Shown here piece by piece: positions 45,001-56,781 of a stretch of DNA of 64,000 nt. The notes under the pieces were generated by a model. That model had not been told where the DNA came from and made no database searches. It saw nothing but the letters and a program-made list of their open reading frames with translations. A program made the translations under genes and the position numbers. The stretch spans positions 174,034,001-174,098,000 of the forward strand of contig OZ024743.1 in assembly GCA_964016885.1 (NCBI GenBank), given 5' to 3'. Position 1 is the stretch's first letter. Each line of letters begins with the position of its first letter. The DNA is from Eledone cirrhosa (Eukaryota).

Positions 45001-48000
45001 TGTCCTCCTCCAATACTACAGACACATACTCAGGGCTAGGGTATGAACCCTCTCTTAGTTGTCCTTCTCCAATACTACAGACACACACTCGGGGCTAGGG
45101 TATGAACCCTCTCTTAGTTGTCGTCCTCCAATACTACAGACACACACTCTGGGCTAGGGTATGAACCCTCTCCCAGTTGTCCTCCTCCAATACTACAGAC
45201 ACACCCAGGGCTAGGGTATGAACCCTCTCTTAGTTGTCCTCTTCCAATACTACAGACACACACTCAGGGCTAGGGTATGTACCCTCTCCCAGTTGTCCTC
45301 CTCCAATACTACAGACACACACTCAGGGCTAGGGTATGAACCCTCTCCCAGTTGTCCTCCTCCAATACTACAGACACACACTCAGGGCTAGGGTATGAAC
45401 CCTCTCTTAGTTGTCCTCCTCCAATACTACAGACACACACTCAGGGCTTGGGTATGAACGCTCTCTTAGGTGTCCTCCTCCAATACTACAGACACACACT
45501 CAGGGCTAGGGTATGAACCCTCTCCCAGTTGTCCTCCTCCAATACTACAGACACACACTCAGGGCTAGGCTATGAACCCTCTCCTAGTTGTCCTCTTCCA
45601 ATACTACAGACACACACTCAGGGCTAGGGTATGAACGCTCTCCCAGTTGTCCTCCTCCAATACTACAGACACACACTCAGGGCTAGGCTATAAACCCTCT
45701 CCTAGTTGTCCTCTTCCAATACTACAGACACACACTCAGGGCTAGGGTATGAACGCTCTCCCAGTTGTCCTCCTCCAATACTACAGACACACACTCAGGG
45801 CTAGGGTATGAACCCTCTCCCAGTTATCCTCTTCCAATACTACAGACACACACTCAGGGCTAGGGTATGAACCCTCTCTTAGTTTTCCTCTTCCAATACT
45901 ACAGACACACACTCAGGGCTAGGGTATGAACCCTCCCTTAGTTGTCCTCTTCCAATACTACAGACACACACTCAGGGCTAGGGTATGAACCCTCTCTTAG
46001 TTGTCCTCCAATACTACAGACACACACTCAGGGCTAGGGTATGAACCCTCTCCTAGTTGTCCTCTTCCAATACTACAGACACACACTCAGGGCTAGGGTA
46101 TGTACCCTCTCCCAGTTATCCTCTTCCAATACTACAGACACACACTCAGGGCTAGGGTATGAACCCTCTCTTAGTTGTCCTCTTCCAATACTACAGACAC
46201 ACACTCAGGGCTAGGGTATGGACCCTCTCTTAGTTGTCCTCTTCCAATACTACAGACACACACTCAGGGCTAGGGTATGAACCCTCTCTTAGTTGTCCTC
46301 CTCCAATACTACAGACACACAGTCAGGGCTAGGGTATGAACCCTCTCCTAGTTGTCCTCCTCCAATACTACAGACACACACTCAGGGCTAGGGTATGAAC
46401 GCTCTCCCAGTTGTCCTCCTCCAATACTACAGACACACACTCAGGGCTAGGGTATGAACCCTCTCTTAGTTGTCCTCCTCCAATACTACAGACACACACT
46501 CAGGGCTAGGGTATGTACCCTCTTTTAGTTGTCCTCCTCCAATACTACAGACACACACTCAGGGCTAGGGTATGAACCCTCTCTTAGTTGTCCTCCTCCA
46601 ATACTACAGACACACACTCAGGGCTAGGGTATGAACCCTCTCCTAGTTGTCCTCCTCCAATACTACAGACACACACTCAGGGCTAGGGTATTATCCCTCT
46701 CTTAGTTGTCCTCCTCCAATACTACAGACACACACTCAGGGCTAGGGTATGAACCCTCTCTTAGTTGTCCTCCTCCAATACTACAGACACACACTCAGGG
46801 CTAGGGTATGTACCCTCTCCCAGTTGTTCTCCTCCAATACTACAGACACACACTCAGGGCTAGGGTATGAACCCTCTCTTAGTTGTCCTCCTCCAATACT
46901 ACAGACACACACTCAGGGCTAGGGTATGAACCCTCTCTTAGTTGTCCTCCTCCAATACTACAGACACACACTCAGGGCTAGGGTATTAACCCTCTCTTAG
47001 TTGTCCTCCACCAATACTACAGACACACACTCAGGGCTAGGGTATGAACCCTCTCTTAGTTGTCCTCCTCCAATACTACAGACACACACTCAGGGCTAGG
47101 GTATGAACCCTCTCCCAGTTTCCTCCTCCAATACTACAGACACACACTCAGGGCTAGGGTATGTACCCTCTCCCAGTTGTCCTCCTCCAATACTACAGAC
47201 ACACACTCAGGGCTAGGGTATGAACCCTCTCTTAGTTGTCCCCCTCCAATACTACAGACACACGCTCAGGGCTAGGGTATGTACCCTCTCCCAGTTGTCC
47301 TCCTCCAATACTACAGACACACACTCAGGGCTAGGGTATGAACCCTCTCTTAGTTGTCCCCCTCCAATACTACAGACACACACTCAGGGCTAGGATATGT
47401 ACCCTCTCCCAGTTGTGTTCCTCCAATACTACAGACACACACTCAGGGCTAGGGTATGAACCCTCTCCCAGTTGTCCTCCTCCAATACTACAGACACACA
47501 CTCAGGGCTAGGGTATGAACCCTCTCCCAGTTGTCCTCCTCCAATACTACAGACACACACTCAGGGCTAGGGTATGTACCCTCTTTTAGTTGTCCTCCTC
47601 CAATACTACAGACACACACTCAGGGCTAGGGTATGAACCCTCTCTTAGTTGTCCTCCTCCAATACTACAGACACACACTCAGGGCTAGGGTATGAACCCT
47701 CTCCCAGTTGTCCTCCTCCAATACTACAGACACACACTCGGGGCTAGGGTATGAACCCTCTCTTAGTTGTCCTCCTCCAATACTACAGACACACACTCAG
47801 GGCTAGGGTATGCACCCTCTCTTAGTTGTCCTCCTCCAATACTACAGACACACACTCAGGGCTAGGGTATTAACCCTCTCTTAGTTGTCCTCCTCCAATA
47901 CTACAGACACACACTCAGGGCTAGGGTATGAACCCTCTCTTAATTGTCCCCCTCCAATACTACAGACACACACTCAGGGCTAGGGTATGAACCCTCTCCT

Positions 48001-51000
48001 AGTTGTTCTCCTCCAATACTACAGACACACACTCGGGGCTAGGGTATGAACCCTTCTTAGTTGTCCTCCTCCAATACTACAGACACACACTCTGGGCTAG
48101 GGTATGAACCCTCTCTTAGTTGTCCTCCTCCAATAGTACAGACACACACTCAGGGCTAGGGTATGTTCCCTCTCCCAGTTGTCCTCCTCCAATACTACAG
48201 ACACACACTCAGGGCTAGGGTATGAACCCTCTCCCAGTTGTCCTCCTCCAATACTACAGACACACACTCAGGGCTAGGGTATGAACCCTCTCTTAGTTGT
48301 CCCCCTCCAATACTACAGACACACACTCAGGGCTAGGGTATGTACCCTCTCCCTGTTGTCCTCCTCCAATACTACAGACACACACTCAGGGCTAGGGTAT
48401 GAACCCTCTCTTAGTTGTCCCCCTCCAATACTACAGACACACACTCAGGGCTAGGGTATGTACCCTCTCCCAGTTGTCCTCCTCCAATACTACAGACACA
48501 CACTCAGGGCTAGGGTATGAACCCTCTTCCAGTTGTCCTCCTCCAATACTACAGACACACACTCAGGGCTAGGGTATGAACCCTCTCTTAGTTGTCCTCC
48601 TCCAATACTACAGACACACACTCAGGGCTAGGGTATGTACCCTCTCCCAGTTGTCCTCCTCCAATACTACAGACACACACTCAGGGCTAGGGTATGAACC
48701 CTCTCCCAGTTGTCCTCCTCCAATACTACAGACACACACTCAGGGCTAGGGTATGAACCCTCTCTTAGGTGTCCTCCTCCAATACTACAGACACACACTC
48801 AGGGCTAGGGTATCGACCCTCTCCCAGTTGTCCTCCTCCAATACTACAGACACACTCAGGGCTAGGGTATGTACCCTCTTTTAGTTGTCCTCCTCCAATA
48901 CTACAGACACATACTCAGGGCTAGGGTATGAACCCTCTCTTAGTTGTCCTTCTCCAATACTACAGACACACACTCGGGGCTAGGGTATGAACCCTCTCTT
49001 AGTTGTCGTCCTCCAATACTACAGACACACACTCTGGGCTAGTGTATGAACCCTCTCCCAGTTGTCCTCCTCCAATACTACAGACACACCCAGGGCTAGG
49101 GTATGAACCCTCTCTTAGTTGTCCTCTTCCAATACTACAGACACACACTCAGGGCTAGGGTATGTACCCTCTCCCAGTTGTCCTCCTCCAATACTACAGA
49201 CACACACTCAGGGCTAGGGTATGAACCCTCTCCCAGTTGTCCTCCTCCAATACTACAGACACACACTCAGGGCTAGGGTATGAACCCTCTCTTAGTTGTC
49301 CTCCTCCAATACTACAGACACACACTCAGGGCTAGGGTATGAACGCTCTCTTAGGTGTCCTCCTCCAATACTACAGACACACACTCAGGGCTAGGGTATG
49401 AACCCTCTCCCAGTTGTCCTCCTCCAATACTACAGACACACACTCAGGGCTAGGCTATGAACCCTCTCCTAGTTGTCCTCTTCCAATACTACAGACACAC
49501 ACTCAGGGCTAGGGTATGAACGCTCTCCCAGTTGTCCTCCTCCAATACTACAGACACACACTCAGGGCTAGGCTATGAACCCTCTCCTAGTTGTCCTCTT
49601 CCAATACTACAGACACACACTCAGGGCTAGGTTATGAACGCTCTCCCAGTTGTCCTCCTCCAATACTACAGACACACACTCAGGGCTAGGGTATGAACCC
49701 TCTCCCAGTTATCCTCTTCCAATACTACAGACACACACTCAGGGCTAGGGTATGAACCCTCTCTTAGTTTTCCTCTTCCAATACTACAGACACACACTCA
49801 GGGCTAGGGTATGAACCCTCTCTTAGTTGTCCTCTTCCAATACTACAGACACACACTCAGGGCTAGGGTATGAACCCTCTCTTAGTTGTCCTCCAATACT
49901 ACAGACACACACTCAGGGCTAGGGTATGAACCCTCTCCTAGTTGTCCTCTTCCAATACTACAGACACACACTCAGGGCTAGGGTATGTACCCTCTCCCAG
50001 TTATCCTCTTCCAATACTACAGACACACACTCAGGGCTAGGGTATGAACCCTCTCTTAGTTGTCCTCTTCCAATACTACAGACACACACTCAGGGCTAGG
50101 GTATGAACCCTCTCTTAGTTGTCCTCTTCCAATACTACAGACACACACTCAGGGCTAGGGTATGAACCCTCTCTTAGTTGTCCTCCTCCAATACTACAGA
50201 CACACAGTCAGGGCTAGGGTATGAACCCTCTCCTAGTTGTCCTCCTCCAATACTACAGACACACACTCAGGGCTAGGGTATGAACGCTCTCCCAGTTGTC
50301 CTCCTCCAATACTACAGACACACACTCAGGGCTAGGGTATGAACCCTCTCTTAGTTGTCCTCCTCCAATACTACAGACACACACTCAGGGCTAGGGTATG
50401 TACCCTCTTTTAGTTGTCCTCCTCCAATACTACAGACACACACTCAGGGCTAGGGTATGAACCCTCTCTTAGTTGTCCTCCTCCAATACTACAGACACAC
50501 ACTCAGGGCTAGGGTATGAACCCTCTCCTAGTTGTCCTCCTCCAATACTACAGACACACACTCAGGGCTAGGGTATTAACCCTCTCTTAGTTGTCCTCCT
50601 CCAATACTACAGACACACACTCAGGGCTAGGGTATGAACCCTCTCTTAGTTGTCCTCCTCCAATACTACAGACACACACTCAGGGCTAGGGTATGTACCC
50701 TCTCCCAGTTGTTCTCCTCCAATACTACAGACACACACTCAGGGCTAGGGTATTAACCCTCTCTTAGTTGTCCTCCTCCAATACTACAGACACACACTCA
50801 GGGCTAGGGTATGAACCCTCTCTTAGTTGTCCTCCTCCAATACTACAGACACACACTCAGGGCTAGGGTATTAACCCTCTCTTAGTTGTCCTCCTCCAAT
50901 ACTACTGACACACACTCAGGGCTAGGGTATGAACCCTCTCCTAGTTGTCCTCCTCCAATACTACAGACACACACTCAGGGCTAGGGTATGAACCCTCTCT

Positions 51001-54000
51001 TAGTGTCCTCCTCCAATACTACAGACACACACTCAGGGCTAGGGTATGAACCCTCTCTTAGTTGTCCTCCTCCAATACTACAGACACACACTCAGGGCTA
51101 GGGTATGAACCCTCTCTTAGTTGTCCTCCTCCAATACTACAGACACACACTCAGGGCTAGGGTATTAACCCTCTCCTAGTTGTCCTCCTCCAATACTACA
51201 GACACACACTCAGGGCTAGGGTATGAACCCTCTCTTAGTTGTCCCCCTCCAATACTACAGACACACGCTCAGGGCTAGGGTATGTACCCTCTCCCAGTTG
51301 TCCTCCTCCAATACTACAGACACACACTCAGGGCTAGGGTATGAACCCTCTCTTAGTTGTCCCCCTCCAATACTACAGACACACACTCAGGGCTAGGGTA
51401 TGTACCCTCTCCCAGTTGTGTTCCTCCAATACTACAGACACACACTCAGGGCTAGGGTATGAACCCTCTCCCAGTTGTCCTCCTCCAATACTACAGACAC
51501 ACACTCAGGGCTAGGGTATGAACCCTCTCTTAGTTGTCCTCCTCCAATACTACAGACACACACTCAGGGCTAGGGTATGTACCCTCTCCCAGTTGTCCTC
51601 CTCCAATACTACAGACACACACTCAGGGCTAGGGTATGAACCCTCTCCCAGTTGTCCTCCTCCAATACTACAGACACACACTCAGGGCTAGGGTATGAAC
51701 CCTCTCTTAGGTGTCCTCCTCCAATACTACAGACACACACTCAGGGCTAGGGTATGAACCCTCTCCCAGTTGTCCTCCAATACTACAGACACACACTCAG
51801 GGCTAGGGTATGTACCCTCTTTTAGTTGTCCTCCTCCAATACTACAGACACACACTCAGGGCTAGGGTATGAACCCTCTCTTAATTGTCCCCCTCCAATA
51901 CTACAGACACACACTCAGGGCTAGGGTATGAACCCTCTCCTAGTTGTTCTCCTCCAATACTACAGACACACACTCGGCGGGGCTAGGGTATGAACCCTCT
52001 CTTAGTTGTCCTCCTCCAATACTACAGACACACACTCTGGGCTAGGGTATGAACCCTCTCTTAGTTGTCCTCCTCCAATAGTACAGACACACACTCAGGG
52101 CTAGGGTATGTACCCTCTCCCAGTTGTCCTCCTCCAATACTACAGACACACACTCAGGGCTAGGGTATGAACCCTCTCCCAGTTGTCCTCCTCCAATACT
52201 ACAGACACACACTCAGGGCTAGGGTATGAACCCTCTCTTAGTTGTCCCCCTCCAATACTACAGACACACACTCAGGGCTAGGGTATGTACCCTCTCCCAG
52301 TTGTCCTCCTCCAATACTACAGACACACACTCAGGGCTAGGGTATGAACCCTCTCTTAGTTGTCCCCCTCCAATACTACAGACACACACTCAGGGCTAGG
52401 GTATGTACCCTCTCCCAGTTGTCCTCCTCCAATACTACAGACACACACTCAGGGCTAGGGTATGAACCCTCTCCCAGTTGTCCTCCTCCAATACTACAGA
52501 CACACACTCAGGGCTAGGGTATGAACCCTCTCTTAGTTGTCCTCCTCCAATACTACAGACACACACTCAGGGCTAGGGTATGAACCCTCTCCTAGTTGTC
52601 CTCCTCCAATACTACAGACACACACTCAGGGCTAGGGTATTAACCCTCTCTTAGTTGTCCTCCTCCAATACTACAGACACACACTCAGGGCTAGGGTATG
52701 AACCCTCTCTTAGTTGTCCTCCTCCAATACTACAGACACACACTCAGGGCTAGGGTATGTACCCTCTCCCAGTTGTTCTCCTCCAATACTACAGACACAC
52801 ACTCAGGGCTAGGGTATTAACCCTCTCTTAGTTGTCCTCCTCCAATACTACAGACACACACTCAGGGCTAGGGTATGAACCCTCTCTTAGTTGTCCTCCT
52901 CCAATACTACAGACACACACTCAGGGCTAGGGTATTAACCCTCTCTTAGTTGTCCTCCTCCAATACTACTGACACACACTCAGGGCTAGGGTATGAACCC
53001 TCTCCTAGTTGTCCTCCTCCAATACTACAGACACACACTCAGGGCTAGGGTATGAACCCTCTCTTAGTGTCCTCCTCCAATACTACAGATACACACTCAG
53101 GGCTAGGGTATGAACCCTCTCTTAGTTGTCCTCCTCCAATACTACAGGCACACACTCAGGGCTAGGGTATGAACCCTCTCTTAGTTGTCCTCCTCCAATA
53201 CTACAGACACACACTCAGGGCTAGGGTATTAACCCTCTCCTAGTTGTCCTCCTCCAATACTACAGACACACACTCAGGGCTAGGGTATGAACCCTCTCTT
53301 AGTTGTCCCCCTCCAATACTACAGACACACGCTCAGGGCTAGGGTATGTACCCTCTCCCAGTTGTCCTCCTCCAATACTACAGACACACACTCAGGGCTA
53401 GGGTATGAACCCTCTCTTAGTTGTCCCCCTCCAATACTACAGACACACACTCAGGGCTAGGGTATGTACCCTCTCCCAGTTGTGTTCCTCCAATACTACA
53501 GACACACACTCAGGGCTAGGGTATGAACCCTCTCCCAGTTGTCCTCCTCCAATACTACAGACACACACTCAGGGCTAGGGTATGAACCCTCTCTTAGTTG
53601 TCCTCCTCCAATACTACAGACACACACTCAGGGCTAGGGTATGTACCCTCTCCCAGTTGTCCTCCTCCAATACTACAGACACACACTCAGGGCTAGGGTA
53701 TGAACCCTCTCCCAGTTGTCCTCCTCCAATACTACAGACACACACTCAGGGCTAGGGTATGAACCCTCTCTTAGGTGTCCTCCTCCAATACTACAGACAC
53801 ACACTCAGGGCTAGGGTATGAACCCTCTCCCAGTTGTCCTCCAATACTACAGACACACACTCAGGGCTAGGGTATGTACCCTCTTTTAGTTGTCCTCCTC
53901 CAATACTACAGACACACACTCAGGGCTAGGGTATGAACCCTCTCTTAATTGTCCCCCTCCAATACTACAGACACACACTCAGGGCTAGGGTATGAACCCT

Positions 54001-55814
54001 CTCCTAGTTGTTCTCCTCCAATACTACAGACACACACTCGGCGGGGCTAGGGTATGAACCCTCTCTTAGTTGTCCTCCTCCAATACTACAGACACACACT
54101 CTGGGCTAGGGTATGAACCCTCTCTTAGTTGTCCTCCTCCAATAGTACAGACACACACTCAGGGCTAGGGTATGTACCCTCTCCCAGTTGTCCTCCTCCA
54201 ATACTACAGACACACACTCAGGGCTAGGGTATGAACCCTCTCCCAGTTGTCCTCCTCCAATACTACAGACACACACTCAGGGCTAGGGTAAGAACCCTCT
54301 CTTAGTTGTCCCCCTCCAATACTACAGACACACACTCAGGGCTAGGGTATGTACCCTCTCCCAGTTGTCCTCCTCCAATACTACAGACACACACTCAGGG
54401 CTAGGGTATGAACCCTCTCTTAGTTGTCCCCCTCCAATACTACAGACACACACTCAGGGCTAGGGTATGTACCCTCTCCCAGTTGTCCTCCTCCAATACT
54501 ACAGATACACACTCAGGGCTAGGGTATGAACCCTCTCCCAGTTGTCCTCCTCCAATACTACAGACACACACTCAGGGCTAGGGTATGAACCCTCTCTTAG
54601 TTGTCCTCCTCCAATACTACAGACACACACTCAGGGCTAGGGTATGTACCCTCTCCCAGTTGTCCTCCTCCAATACTACAGACACACACTCAGGGCTAGG
54701 GTATGTACCCTCTCCCAGTTGTCCTCCTCCAATACTACAGACACACACTCAGGGCTAGGGTATGTACCCTCTCCCAGTTGTCCTCCTCCAATACTACAGA
54801 CACACACTCAGGGCTAGGGTATGTACCCTCTCCCAGTTGTCCTCCTCCAATACTACAGACACACACTCCGGGCTAGGGTATGAACCCTCTCTTAGTTGTC
54901 CTCCTCCAATACTACAGACACACACTCGGGGCTAGGGTATGAACCCTCTCTTAGTTGTCCTCCTCCAATACTACAGACACACACTCTGGGCTAGGGTATG
55001 AACCCTCTCCCAGTTGTCCTCCTCCAATACTACAGACACACACTCAGGGCTAGGGTATGAACCCTCTCTTAGTTGTCCTCCTCCAATACTACAGACACAC
55101 ACTCAGGGCTAGGGTATGAACCCTCTCCCAGTTGTCCTCCTCCAATACTACAGACACACACTCAGGGCTAGGGTATTAACCCTCTCTTAGTTGTCCTCCT
55201 CCAATACTACAGACACACACTCAGGGCTAGGGTATGAACCCTCTCTTAGTTGTCCTCCTCCAATACTACAGACACACACTCAGGGCTAGGGTATGAACCC
55301 TCTCCCAGTTGTCCTCCTCCAATACTACAGACACACACTCAGGGCTAGGGTATGAACCCTCTCTTAGTTGTCCTCCTCCAATACTACAGACACACACTCA
55401 GGGCTAGGGTATGAACGCTCTCTTAGGTGTCCTCCTCCAATACTACAGACACACACTCAGGGCTAGGGTATGAACCCTCTCCCAGTTGTCCTCCTCCAAT
55501 ACTACAGACACACACTCAGGGCTAGGCTATGAACCCTCTCCTAGTTGTCCTCTTCCAATACTACAGACACACACTCAGGGCTAGGGTATGAACGCTCTCC
55601 CAGTTGTCCTCCAATACTACAGACACACACTCAGGGCTAGGGTATGAACCCTCTCTTAGTTGTCCTCCTCCAATACTACAGACACACACTGAGGGCTAGG
55701 GTATGAACCCTCTTTTAGTTGTCCTCTTCCAATACTACAGACACACACTCAGGGTTAGGGTATGAACCCTCTCTTAGTTGTCCTCCTCCAATACTACAGA
55801 CACACACTCAGGGC
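1..55814. repeat. 59-bp tandem satellite array (about 945 monomers, left end outside window)
   Basis: Continuous 59-bp periodicity, consensus TACTACAGACACACACTCAGGGCTAGGGTATGAACCCTCTCTTAGTTGTCCTCCTCCAA. Monomers differ by a few substitutions or small indels (56-58 and 62 bp variants). No inversions or foreign insertions seen. Ends at ...CACACACTCAGGGC (55814). Confidence 0.99.
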
Positions 55815-55872
55815 AAGCCCATTCACACAGGTCATTCTTGCCCCTCTCATTCACCACTAAACAATAAGATTA

Positions 55873-56094
55873 GTTACCAACCCAGCCAAAACCAACTCTG
55901 GTTCTATGAAATAAAACCACCCATTTTAAAGGTTTCCAGTTTAAATTAAATCTTCCAACATAATTTTATATAAGAACTTACATTAAGTTACTTAGTAATG
56001 AAATGATTAATAATTTTAACGAATCCCTCAAAATTCTTCGTCAATTAATTTTAAAAGACTGTATTTCATTAGAAATATTGTCACGAAAGGGTTA
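55873..56094 (+). mobile_element. piggyBac-like MITE, copy 1 (left terminus eroded)
   Basis: Ends ...CACGAAAGGG-TTA. Aligns over about 200 bp with the reverse complement of 57259-57466 (shared CTCTGGTTCT, AAATCTTCC, CATAATTTTATATAAGAAC, CTTAGTAATGAAAT, TGTATTTCATTAGAAATAT) and with 58885-59145. Confidence 0.75.
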
Positions 56095-56116
56095 CTATTT
56101 AAATTGATAATCAATA

Positions 56117-56328
56117 CTTGCATCCTTTAAAACCTCCATGCTTCTTGAGATTCGCCAACACTATACCTGATATCCCCCCTCCATACACACGCACACCACA
56201 CATGTATTTCATGACTCATACACTGTTCATTTTCCTGACATTTGTACATTGTTCTATGTGCTATGCATGCACCTTTGATGAGTTGTGGTGCACCTGGGCA
56301 CTGTACATAGTAATTTCATTATTATTTA
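56117..56328 (+). mobile_element. probable 3' end of a CR1/L2-type LINE (ORF2 C-terminus, 3'UTR and short ATT tail)
   Basis: 56117-56170 translates LASFKTSMLLEIRQHYT*, resembling the terminal S-FK motif of CR1/L2 ORF2. It is followed by about 150 nt of UTR-like sequence ending TTTCATTATTATT. Recognition is from memory and rests on a short peptide. Confidence 0.45.
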
Positions 56329-56329
56329 A

Positions 56330-56410
56330 TTACGGGGTCGATAAAATAAAGTACCAGTAATGCACTGGGTAATTGCTGGCCTTGTGCCTAAAAGTAGAAA
56401 CAATTATTTA
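56330..56410 (+). mobile_element. 5'-truncated SINE, same subfamily as 63105-63296
   Basis: TTACGGGGTCGATAAAATAAAGTACCAGTAATGCACTGGGTAATTGCTGGCCTTGTGCCTAAAAGTAGAAACAATTATT matches 63219-63296 with about 3 differences. Confidence 0.8.
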
Positions 56411-56615
56411 TTATTATAAAGATATTTTATTGATTACCAATCAACTACAGCTTGTTCTATATCCAGGGGAACTTTACCAGATTTTCTCAACTATTATTTA
56501 CAGTGTTTGTCTATTATTGCAATTGTTTGTGTTAGGACGCACATATTTAAATTTCAAAATTTTCCAATGTTTCTCAAGTCAACAGATTTCTTTAAATCTG
56601 ATATACCTATTTCAC

Positions 56616-56781
56616 CTGTAAGACTGACCTGGGGTTAAATAGCCAGGTTGACCTGTCTAGAGACAATGAAGTAATGATATTTCCATCAGATTTGAACTTG
56701 TAAACTGCATGTTTATCCACCCGACCACAACCATCCCCATAAGAGAAGTCAGCCCCTCCTGCTCTACAACCCCCTCCCCAC
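56616..56781 (-). CDS. putative internal coding exon (166 nt) of an unidentified gene: WGGGCRAGGADFSYGDGCGRVDKHAVYKFKSDGNIITSLSLDRSTWLFNPRSVLQ
   Basis: Non-repetitive, GC-richer than its flanks, open frame with protein-like composition. Minus strand shows an approximately 90-nt AG-free zone, GGTGAC (branch-like), TTCTCCTCTTCAC (pyrimidine tract), an AAG acceptor at 56782, and a CAG|GTGAAA donor at 56616/56615. The AAG acceptor is non-optimal and no homolog was recognised. Confidence 0.45.

Noticed and set aside
1-55814. CRISPR-like array (constant half plus variable half)
   Set aside because: The variable halves are alleles of one sequence, not unique spacers. There are no cas genes and the context is eukaryotic.
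1-55814. Hammerhead-ribozyme satellite or tandem tRNA/5S/snRNA genes
   Set aside because: No CTGANGA plus GAAA core, no A/B boxes and no cloverleaf on either strand of the monomer.
1-55814. Origin of the monomer from piggyBac MITE junctions (AGGG..TTAACCCT allele)
   Set aside because: Similarity is limited to about 8 bp in one allele, spacing differs from AGGG-TTAA-CCCT, and there is no other homology to the flanking MITEs.
1-55814. Stable G-quadruplex array
   Set aside because: Only two GGG tracts per monomer on the plus strand, about 50 nt from the next pair; the minus strand offers only a weak two-tier GG pattern.
339-55949. About 45 short ORFs on both strands within the array (DTHSGLGYVPSLSC..., MCVCSIGGRQ...)
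   Set aside because: They arise wherever 57/58-bp indel monomers shift phase past the stop codons. The 59-bp unit is not a multiple of 3, the plus-strand starts are mostly TTG, and there is no sign of coding selection.
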